Positions 49,101-61,100 of a stretch of DNA of 64,000 bases are shown one piece after another. Under the pieces are notes generated by a model. That model was not told the DNA's origin. It did no database searches and was given only the letters and a program-made list of their open reading frames with translations. Position 1 is the first letter of the stretch, and each line of letters begins with the position of its first letter. The stretch comes from Priapulus caudatus (taxonomy: Eukaryota), in assembly GCF_000485595.1 (NCBI RefSeq), contig NW_014577074.1, positions 949,479-1,013,478 on the forward strand, given 5' to 3'. Both the position numbers and the translations under genes were made by a program.

Positions 49101-52060
49101 GTAGCTTACATGAAGGGTGAACACAACAACCACGCACGTACGTAGCTTACATGAAGGGTAAAACACACCAACCACGCCCGTACGTAGCTTACACGAAGGT
49201 GAGCATACCAATCCACGCACGTATGTAGCTTACATGAAGGCTTGGTGAATACAATAACAACGGACCAACCAACGCACGTACGTAGGCTTACATGAAGGGT
49301 GAACACACCAACCACGCACGTACGTAGACTACATGAAGGTGAACACACCAAGCCACGCACGTACGTAGCTTCACGAATGCGTGAACACCCAACCACGACA
49401 CGTACGTTAGCTTACAGCCTGGGACTTCCCCCTCCCCCCGACTTGACTGCGAATTTAACAACGCTCGGGGGGCACCACAGTGACCACGCATCCCAAGCCT
49501 CAGCTCCAGGCAAAATCACCTGCTTCATCAACAGCAGTGTCATCTGCAGGGAGGCTATTTGACAAACTGTCGGAGGCGGTGGCGGCGGCGGCGGCGGCGG
49601 CGGCGGGTGCCGGACCCGCGCATGGGGCTGTGACGCTGGGCAGCCCAATATCATCGTTTCCACCCAGACTGGCAAGCATCGCCTGCAGGGTCGAGCGCTT
49701 AGGCCCTGCAAACATGCAACATGCAGGGCTAGCGGCGACACGCACATGCACTCACAACTACGTCATGCAGAGAATCGAGCACGGCTTTCTACCAACAGGC
49801 GTTCACTTGTTTCCAATTCCGATTCGCGTCCATACTTGATAGTTACGTGAAAATATTAAGATAATCAAGCGAGGAATGATATATTTTGCAAACAATTCTA
49901 AAATTCGCATAGAAATTATTAGTTGCACTTGTGAAAAACTAGTGAACGTTTGTTGGTAAGAAACCGTCCATCTGACAGTGTGCAGAAACATTTTATAATG
50001 GTGAAGATTAAAGCAACAAAATCTCAAACACAATACTAATAAAAAGTATTGCATGTGCTCAGTGTTATAATTGGGCTGAACGTACCCACTGCTACGTGCA
50101 CACACTATTGAGTGAGTCATTCCAACACATCACTCAGTGCCTACAGGGAACTGACACATTACCAGTGCTTCATCATCCATATATTTTAACATGCACCTAC
50201 AGTCTAATCAGTACAAGCACATGCCAGCTTATGCACATACTATACACACACGAGCCAGTAATAAATAAAATAAATGCATCATAACTCTTTCATAAGAGGC
50301 AGTGCTAAGTCAAATCCCCATGCAATAGTAGCTTGCATAATTAATTTCGCCTCACGATGGCAATCTAAAATGAGCTAATCAGTCATTGCTTTAGGTGATG
50401 AAAGCCAGCAACATTAACAATGCAGAACCAGAGCCAACAACAAGTTCAGATTTTTTTCTCACTACACTACTAATTGCCTCAAGAATGTCAGATTGTCAAA
50501 GAGATTCCACATTTCAAAGCAGACAATGACTGAACACCATCCAAATCAGAGTATTTTACTTATCTCAGTGGCATAAGTAGTATAGTGGTGATATAAGTGA
50601 CAGATAAACAAACAAAAATACCACCCACTATCCCCTAACATCCCCACACTGAGCGCTTTCTGTGTGTGTGCCTGCATGAGTGTTGTGTGTGTGCGCGTGT
50701 GCATATATGTCCATGTGTGGGTGTGTGTGTGTATGCATACGTGCGTGCGTGTAATACGCATATGATGCCACCTACCGCGTCCAAGCTTCCACGCACTGTG
50801 ACTGCTATGTGGCAACTGAATGCAGCCATACATAATAACAGCCTACCACTCGCATCTCTCCTGCTGCATTGACCGTGTACGGAGGGAACCGCTACGAAAT
50901 ACCCAAAAGCTTTCCCTCACAACGTCGAACAGCCAGCAGCTTTCTTGCTGTACCTGGGGCAAACTAATGCTCACTCTGCTTGTTGCTTACATCAATGACA
51001 ACGTCTTCTTCATCCGCGCCCTCTTTCGCATCTCTGCACCAAACCAAAATGCGGCGAGGCAACTCCAGCCTGCTTTAAGGCCGTTGTTTACAGCTCGAGT
51101 GAAACCTCAGCAGTCATGAAAGCACTAATGACGCTTGATGCTACTACACCTGTCGCTAAACGTGAATGGTCAACGAAGCGATATCCTGACACCAATCTGG
51201 ATGGGTTATGCAGCCAGGTCTCTCTGACGTCTGCGGCTAGTTAGTGTAGAAACCATCATGCAGTCTGCACAAACACTAGTAGGCAAAATAAATTCCTGGC
51301 ACCGGTTGTCACGCGTGAACGTGGGCAGTCAACGCACCCATAGGCGTTTGATCCTCACACCACCTTCGGCCACATATGGTCCGCCAACACGACAAAAGCT
51401 TGACACACCAATGCTCCGGGTTGTGGGGCCCGGGGGGGGGGGCGGTTAAGGGTTAATCAGAGATGGGATGGAACTCTTGCAAGCATGCTATTCACCACAA
51501 TCGATCCTCTACTGATATCAATTTTTGGCTGCAGTGCATGCTTTAATATCAAGCAACACCTTCTGCCTTCCCCGCGATGTTGCTCGCAATGCCACCTCGA
51601 CACCCACACACACACGCCGTGACACGATCCGACGCTAGAAACTGGAAGAGTCATTACGAGGGATGGATGAGATACATTCATCATAACGACAGTGAGAGAT
51701 GGCTGCTGCTGCTGCAGCGCGTGCACTCGTTATCATAACTACGGGGGCAAATATGAATGAGAGTGAGCTGAGGGCCAGCAGCAGAGTGCGACGGTAATTG
51801 CTGATGTGCTATCTGAATTGTGCGCGACACGCTACCGTGGTAGCTAAACAGTGCTGGTAATACCATAACACTATGATGCACAAATAAAAGCAGCGGGTGG
51901 AGTGACGGAAAGCATGAGAGAGAGGGAGGGAGAGAGTGAGACACACAGACACAGATAGACAGATAGATAGAGATAGAGATAGATAAAAAGAAAGATAGAG
52001 CGAGGAAGAGCGTGAGAGCGAGAGAAAGAGTGAGAGAAAGAGAGAGCGATAAAAAGAGAG

Positions 52061-52111
<51 letters not shown>

Positions 52112-55100
52112 GGGTAAAGATACGAAGATATTATAGTAAGCAGTGTATTTTCACAACGAGTCATATCACCAAATAAATCTTGTATCGTTTACAATCATGA
52201 CTTTGAGGAAATTGCAGTGCCTGTCCCAATCAGAGAAAAACTGTGACCAGTGAGAGAAAGCCCTTAGTCGGTACGTATTTTATATCTTGGCCTTTCTTTT
52301 ACTAACCAATGAGCTGTGAAACAGGAACAAAAGTACCAATAAGCGGATCTGTTTCGTAAATTACGTCGACACTATTTGGAGAAAACCTGCAATGCCAATT
52401 TCGAGAAAAACTGGTGGCTAACAATATTTCAAACAACCTTGGTCGAGTTTCGTAGTATACTTCACTAAAAAATCTGATAGAAAATGATGCATTACTCGAT
52501 AAGGGGGAAATTACTCAGTCAGCAGAGAAATGACCATATAAAAAAACTGCAATTGCAAATTAGAACCCAGGTACCAATTACCTGCCGAGGAGCGTATCAT
52601 TCTTACCTGCCTTCAGTTTAAACTTTTGAACTGTTGAAACGGACGGAGAAAAACAAGACAGATTCCCCGAAATGATTCACCAGTACGCAACGTTGGTGCA
52701 ACTGATGTTGTAGCTCACACAAAAATCTACACGTATAAGCTAAAGATCTCGACTGACGAGAGACAAGGACACCGGAATTTGTATTAAGGAAAGAAGCTCT
52801 CACGGCACTCGGACACACAACCTTGACTATTTTTACTCAGATTTAGTAGCAGAATGCCTCCTCTAGGATGTACAAGTACTCTTCACATGTTCGTTTTAAT
52901 TTGTCTGTCCCTTTTTCTGTAGCGAGTGGGTCAGTTCAGCCCAAAGTATTTACTAATGCCAAAGCCGTCTGTATCTAGGTCTGTGACTGGCTTCAGAGCA
53001 GGGAAGCATCTCTCGTCAAGTGAGGCGAACTGCAACCCGGAGGAGCCACTTACTCTGCATGTTGCGCGAATGTTTGCTGTCTTTGCTGTACTCTTGTTTG
53101 AGCCTGCTCAGCATCTGCTCGTCTACGTTCCAATCGTTATCGCCAGGGGGCGGTGCAGCTGCTAACTCGCTCTTCTCTGCATGCAAAACGGTTTACAAAC
53201 TTCTCTCCTCAGGTTCACGATCAGTTGATCAGGCGTGTAAGATCTACATACTCCCGTTTACAATCGCAAAACGTTACGCTTACAAATCACATCATATATA
53301 AACGCCAGCTAAACAGATACGTAGTTACATCTCAAAGCCATGCAAACGTAATCGCTACTTGCAAACATGTCGGTGCCGAAAAAGTTAGGTGCACGTGCTA
53401 ACGAACGCATGCGTGGCGTGTCCGAGATCGGAGACGCGTCGTGCCTCCCGCGGCGAACCCCGCTCGAGGACTCACCCCACTCGGTGCCGTCGCCCTGCGT
53501 CCTCGCCTCACCCGCGCCGTCTGCGCCGTCCGATCCGAGAAAGTCGAACTGCGAGAGTGCCTCCTCGGTCTCGTTGGCTAGCACGTCGTCCATGCGCGCC
53601 ATGCCCTCGTTGCTCCTGGTCATGCCCTGCAGGAGGAGGAAAACATGAGGCCTCGACGACGACATCAATAGCCGCTAGTGATGGGAATCGGTTGGAATTT
53701 CATCATCGATCATCGGTTGCACCCAACCGATCGATGATCGATGATAATCGGTTGAGTGTCATTGATTGCAGCTACCAGATATTGAAATATATCATATATA
53801 ATACAGTATTTTTATAATACAATATTCTAAAAGATATGTAACAGTATTATGCTTGCTTATGTTTGGTGTAGGTTAGATTTACTGTCTCCAAGCTGTAAAG
53901 TAACTGAAAAAACCCAGAAAAAAAAAATAAAGAGTCATTTCATCAATATTTGCAAACTGTATTTTAAATAATAAAAAAATTGTAATTACAATGTTTTTTT
54001 TTGATAATCGATTATTTATTTTTATAATCGAGTGCTTAGTCGGTTGCTGCAAACGACTGACTTTCGATTATAATCGATCATCGGGAGGGACATCACTAAT
54101 AGCCGCCGTAGCTGGTTACTCTGCTAACCGTCCATATTAGTGTGGTATTTTTAAAGGATTTTAGTATGAGTGTTGTTTTTTTGTTATGTTGTGTTGTGTT
54201 GTATTATATTGTAGTGAGCTGTATTGCATTCTATACAATACACCCTGCATCATACACACAATGCACTATGCATGTCTCAAACTAGAATAACAGTTCATAG
54301 CCATTCTGACTGTCAAAATCATGTCATCCTGTCGTTTTACAAATAAATTTCCCGCAATCTTAAACCTTCACCGCATCCGATTCACACACCCAATAATCTC
54401 AAATTTTAAGTTCACCAACAACAAGGAGACACAAGTGTGAGGAAGAAACCGCTGACAAACCAACATCGGCTACATTTGGTGTGCACCAGAGATGCCAACA
54501 CACATTTGAAGCAATCTGTAGTTTCTGGCCATCAAATTAGTAGTTCGATGATCACCCGAGTTTGCTAGGGGGGTCCGGCATGCCCCCCAGAAAATTTTTT
54601 GATTCTGAGATGCAATTTCCTGCATTCTGAGGGTCAAAAATAACAATAAATTGAAAAAAAAATGACAATAATTGACAAATTTTTTTTTTCGATCACAGTC
54701 AAATTCGTAGTTTGATACAAACTGGTCGTAGTGGTGCAAAAGGAATAGAAATTCGTATAAAATACGGATAAATCGTAGTGGTTGGCATCTCTGTGTGCAC
54801 CCAACAGACGTACCTTGGGCTTTGGTTTCTTTACATCTATCCTATCCAGTTCATCAGCCAGAGTCTCATCTATGAGATCCGCCTCACTGAAAAACATAGC
54901 AAGAAAACACGCATTTTTACACACGATGTTTAAATTCGACAAAGCATTATTGGCTATGCAATAGCCAATTGATCACGTCTAGCATAAACATTACCACCAT
55001 TTAATTAGCTATTGGATTTCATCAATATTCTGCATTAAACATTTGCAATCGCTGTTGTCATTGTTGTTAAAAACAGCTCAGCATTAGGATTCATGATGCA

Positions 55101-58100
55101 ATAACGATTGTCTCGCCTGTTTATAATTCTCATTTATAACTCCCGTGGAGTATTCAAATTAGCTGACTCAGGGGCTCAAATTTAACGAGCATGTTTTATT
55201 GAACTGCATTCATTAAGTTCAAGTTCGACTGCCGCCTACGTTTCATTAAATGCCACCTGCTGCTGGAGATCTGACATTTTCTCATTCAGCCACCCAAACT
55301 AATTACAAGCCATAAGAGTAGCGTTTTCCTGCTGTCTTCTACGGGTTCTACAGATGAAGCCCTGCTACGTGATCACGCGTCCCTTCACTCACTTCTCCTC
55401 GTCATCCTCGACTTCCAAGTCGTTCTCCGTCGACAGGAAGCTGAAGGTATCGATGACGGCCGCCTCACTCTCCAGCAGAGCGCCCTCTCCCAGCGTGGCT
55501 GGATGCTTCTTAGCCTGCACCCTGCACAGCACAGCACAGAATATGTTAGCTAGATGATTCAATCGTCATTGTAGGACAGAGCTTAGTTTCTTTGGCAATC
55601 TCCGCCTCCGTATTCTTCGATGTCTCTTGCTTAGTGATCATCTTTATCTCCCCCTCCCCTCCCCTCTCGCTCTCTCTCCCTCTCTTCTCTCTTGCGCGCT
55701 CTCTCTGCTCTCTTCTCTCATGCACGCTCTCTCTTTCTTTCTCTCCCTATTCCTTTCTCTTTTGCAACCCGTCAGTTTTTTAATTACGTTTTTATTGGTT
55801 TTTAATTAATATTAAATAACATTGATGAAATTTAACTAACAAGTGCCGTGGAGCGACAGCGCTCATCTCACGTCTACTGCGGTGACTCTGTGGTGGAGTG
55901 GTGGGATTCTAGTAAACCCTGTTAGTCCCAAATGTGTTCACATACACGCCGAAACAGTGGAAGGCACAGGGATGATATCAGGAACCTTCTCGAAGGAATG
56001 TTCGTTGGGATCNNNNNNNNNNNNNNNNNNNNNNNNNNNNNNNNNNNNNNNNNNNNNNNNNNNNNNNNNNNNNNNNNNNNNNNNNNNNNNNNNNNNNNNN
56101 NNNNNNNNNNNNNNNNNNNNNNNNNNNNNNNNNNNNNNNNNNNNNNNNNNNNNNNNNNNNNNNNNNNNNNNNNNNNNNNNNNNNNNNNNNNNNNNNNNNN
56201 NNNNNNNNNNNNNNNNNNNNNNNNNNNNNNNNNNNNNNNNNNNNNNNNNNNNNNNNNNNNNNNNNNNNNNNNNNNNNNNNNNNNNNNNNNNNNNNNNNNN
56301 NNNNNNNNNNNNNNNNNNNNNNNNNNNNNNNNNNNNNNNNNNNNNNNNNNNNNNNNNNNNNNNNNNNNNNNNNNNNNNNNNNNNNNNNNNNNNNNNNNNN
56401 NNNNNNNNNNNNNNNNNNNNNNNNNNNNNNNNNNNNNNNNNNNNNNNNNNNNNNNNNNNNNNNNNNNNNNNNNNNNNNNNNNNNNNNNNNNNNNNNNNNN
56501 NNNNNNNNNNNNNNNNNNNNNNNNNNNNNNNNNNNNNNNNNNNNNNNNNNNNNNNNNNNNNNNNNNNNNNNNNNNNNNNNNNNNNNNNNNNNNNNNNNNN
56601 NNNNNNNNNNNNNNNNNNNNNNNNNNNNNNNNNNNNNNNNNNNNNNNNNNNNNNNNNNNNNNNNNNNNNNNNNNNNNNNNNNNNNNNNNNNNNNNNNNNN
56701 NNNNNNNNNNNNNNNNNNNNNNNNNNNNNNNNNNNNNNNNNNNNNNNNNNNNNNNNNNNNNNNNNNNNNNNNNNNNNNNNNNNNNNNNNNNNNNNNNNNN
56801 NNNNNNNNNNNNNNNNNNNNNNNNNNNNNNNGGTTTCGGATTGACCCCCCACGTCCCAACTTTCGAATCCGTACGTCGAGCCGTTTAGATTTGTGCCCAA
56901 CTGTTCACGGACGCACGCACGGACGATCATGCGATTCTACAAGCTGCATCTGACTTCGTCAGATGAGCTAAAAACAATGGTGAATACTGATCATGAAGCA
57001 CTGTCATCCCAAAATAATCGGTGAACAGATAATATCATAATAGAAACAAAGACCAGAGTAATGGTGCAATCAATAGACACAGCAGGATGATGGTAGTAAC
57101 AATCATACTAACCACTCGCCTCTTCTGAATGCCGGCATGCCACGCGATCATGAGTGGGATCAGCAATTAACAGACATGCGGTTTTGATTTTAGCGTGATC
57201 TGTTGTATGATACCAGGTCGATAACAGGTATACGTGCTAGCACGATTGTGGCGAGTGGTTCTACAGTTTGTCGACGTTGAAATCTCGATTGGCTCGATTA
57301 TTCCTCACGGTTACATTCCCAATCAGTCCGTGCTCGTTTACCCGAACGAAACGAGAGGTTAAAATTGATTTTTCTACACGTCCGAATTTCACGGAATTCT
57401 CCCCTGCGCACATCAAGTCAATCCCCGCTTTTAGCGCAGATTAAAACTAATAATACCGAGCAGGCGTGGGAGGTGAGCACAATGCGACGACAAATTCGTG
57501 CATGAATTGAAAAGCACGCGATTGCATAGACACTAAAAGAAGAACGAGACACTGGCAGTCAGGCACGTCTCCCTCCTACTCGTGTCGGCACTTCCCTCTA
57601 GTCCGCGATGCGTTTGTGCAGCTCGGGTGGGTACGCAGCCACGTGCGCACGTGCGACAGCCCCGACGCCGCCGTGCAATTCACAGGAACAGACAGCATCG
57701 CAGCAACGCACCACCGTCCGCCGATCGCTCACAGCATTACCGAATTAAGGCCTACCTTCTGCCCTGGCCATCGCTGACCCTCTTTGTCGTCTGGTCTCCG
57801 TTGACGGCAGGCAGAGTGGCGAGCTCCTTGCCAAGGTCATTGTTGTTGGGAGACAGGCCCAGCAGCTGCCTGACCCGCGCTGACCTGACATCGATGATGG
57901 TGTCCGTGTAACCGATCTCCTGCAGGTACCTGCGGTCACACACAGCAGCAACAAGCTGACTGGCCTGCTTTAGGTTCTCTCACGTCAGCACGCAAGCAAA
58001 CGCTTCATTTGTACTCGTACTGCATCCTACTCATATAGTACTAGATGGACACACTACACGTAAAAATTCCATCCTTTCTGCGACTTCCCGTTTCTGAATC

Positions 58101-61100
58101 TTATTTGCGACAATTATCACAGCTATTATTATGTGATAAAACGAAGGGGAAACCACGAAAGGCAGGGGCGTAAATCCTGGGGGGATGGGGGATGCATCCC
58201 CCCCCGCTCTTGAAGGATCAAATATCTACAAATATCACCCTTGAAATTAAAAAAAAAAAGAAAAAAAAAGAATAGCCAAAAAGCCAAAAACACGTGAAAT
58301 TGTGAGAAATTGCAATTCTTACCTGTGTTTTAATACATGTACTATAGTAACCTAACTGTGTACGCTCTTTGATAAGTCATGAAAAGTGTTTTGAATCCTA
58401 ACTTGTAGGGTTGAGTCTAGGGTTGAGATAGTGTCATCAGACATAAGAATATGGCCCACAGTATGCCTCAGATTGCAGGAAAATGGCTTAAATATTTCAA
58501 AATTTTCTGTGGGGGCATGCCCCCACACCCCCCTAGCACTGGCATGCCTACGGCATGCGGGCCTGCCTGCAGCAATGTTCATTTCGCCCCCAGCTATCGC
58601 CGATCATCCCCCCACTCCTTGGTACGGATTTACGCCCCTGACGAAAGGGTTTCATTTTTTATGACAAACAATGTAGGGAATTTAATTTTATGAATTAGTG
58701 TTTGTGCGTCATATGCACTGCAAATTAACACTTGGGTGAGTGAGCAACTAGTAAATTACATTTTAGTTCAACTTTGAGAGTTTTAAGAGCTAGCATATAT
58801 CTGGTTCTCCATTGATCACAGTATTAGTTCACAGCTTAATTAAAGCAGAGTAGAGAAATTCCATTAGCTGCTGATAATGGTGATATCATATCCCACTGAT
58901 TTCACTGTAATATAATATTATTGATCTCAAGAAGACTCAAATAAACCTGAACATTACACTTTAGCTCTTAAACAGTATTCAACTTAAAGAAGGCTAACAG
59001 AAAAGCAGACATTACTTGTAAAAAGCCCCCCCTCCCCCCGAGGCAAAATCTGGCTTCAACAAACTCATTGTGTGCACAACTCTGCTTGCACTGGCCGCTT
59101 CAACGTTTTTTGCTCGAGTTATTTACGAACAGTACTTACTGTCTCAGTAGTTGTCTGCCCTGCTTCCACGAATGATTCTCAACACCTGTCAGATAGTTAT
59201 CTCCGTTGAGGTCCTCTGAAAGAATGAGAGAGCGCTGCACACAGGCGGACAACATCTGTTCAATGTCAACTGTTTACACATACGTGAAACATCCCACCGC
59301 CACACGAAATTACCCAAAGATATAAGCCTCGTCCACACGAGACCTCGTATTTATGAAATACGAACCTCGTTCACACGAGACCTCGTATTTATGAAATACG
59401 GTATTTGCGAAATACCGAATCTGAGACAAATACGCGGCCGAGCGTTCACACGGTGATTCGCGGCTCCAGAAATACGGTATTTGCGAGCTGCGAGCTGCTT
59501 TAAACAATCAAGCGAACAATGTGAAATAAACAATGCAATGCGCACCAACTGCCGATAAAATACGTAGACGGGTCAGCGCTCGACAGTTCCACTCGCGTTA
59601 CACTGGAACTGTCGAGCGTGGACCAGTCTATAAAATACGCGGCTTCAGAAATCCGGTATTTAGCGTTCACACGAGAAATGCGCGGTCCAAGAGATCCGGT
59701 ATTTCTCAAGCACGGCAAATTATTCGGGGTCTGGGAAGCCGCGTATTTACATCAAATACCAGATCTGTTTAGATACCGTATTTTTTGGACTGCGCTTTTT
59801 GCCACGTGTGAACGCTAAATACCAGATTTCTTGCTACGTGTGAACGCGGCTATAATTATACGCGATCGATTATCATTTTTCTGCCGTGCAAAGAAAACTA
59901 GGATGCTGCTGCTAACCTGCTTCCTCCAACTCTTTATTGTCTGGCAGCATGTCTGCACCATACTTCAACTTGTGGAACCTGGCCCTGAAAGCAAAAAACA
60001 TGCCACGGATGTAGTACACTGCAAATTTTGGACCCAACTGAAGCCCCGTTTCGATTATAGATCATGTGGTGGGAAGAAGCCCAAGCTGGCTCAAGGCATG
60101 CGGCATCGTTGCACTAAGCCTGGCAGCTGCATCACGAATATCACGTGATGCCATACTAGAAATCAACATGTTATAGATGCATTTCATATATATATACATT
60201 CTGCTAAACCTACTGTGACATATAGAAAGCATGATACCGAAAAATCATTATCCATGTCCTAGGGATTTATGAGTAAGTACCTACTGCTGCCTATTTGACA
60301 CCTATTCAGTCTTGATTAGGCACCTGCCATGATTACGCTCCAAGTCAAATAGCTACTAATTGATGGTTTCCTATCTTGGATAATAGGATTATATATGTTG
60401 CAACTTGCACCATTTACGCATCCAAGCTATACTTAAAACCTATGATTGCAGCTCGGCAAATCACAGAATCCTATTAGTTTGCAATGCCCCATATTTACGA
60501 GATCTGCACGAGCGTGCGACTAAAGGTCTACATAATGTCACCAAGCGTCTGCCTGGGAACGTCACAAAATGTCTGCTCAAGAATTTCGACAAATGTCTGC
60601 CTGAGAATGTCACGAAATATGCACACGAGAATGTCACCAAATGTCTATAGGAGAATATCACCAAATGTCTGCCCAAGAACATCACGAAATATGCACATGC
60701 AAATGTCACCAACTATTTGCAGGATAATGTCACCAAATGTCTGCGTGACAATGTCACCAATTGTCTGCAAGAGAATAACACCAAATTTTTACACGAGAAT
60801 GTCATCAAATGTCGACATAATGTCAATATATGTCTTAAGGAAAACGTGACAAAATACCTACACGGGAATGTCACCAAATGTGGGTGCAAAAATATCACCA
60901 AATGACTGCGTAAAAATGACACGAAATGTCACCAAATGTCTGCAGAGATGTGTCAACAAATGTCTGCAGTCAGACAACTTGGCTGTAGGCCACACAAGCT
61001 GTTATATGCTAGCGACCTTTCATCAGATGGCAAGCTATTAGCATTTACTACCCGTGGCATACATAGTCGAAAAACTCAATTTACTCTACCTGGTCCAGGT

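Noticed and set aside
47203..49416. CRISPR-like 41-bp array and repetitive ORFs
   Set aside because: Pure tandem satellite without spacers; frequent 1-bp indels break any frame
50975..51033. Exon-like segment on the minus strand (cag|…DAKEGADEEDVVIDVSNKQ|gtgagc)
   Set aside because: 59 nt and phase 2-1; I found no phase-compatible upstream exon, so it is not supported as a coding exon (RNA-seq could revive it)
55843..56930. ~300-aa ORFs
   Set aside because: Artefacts of the N-gap
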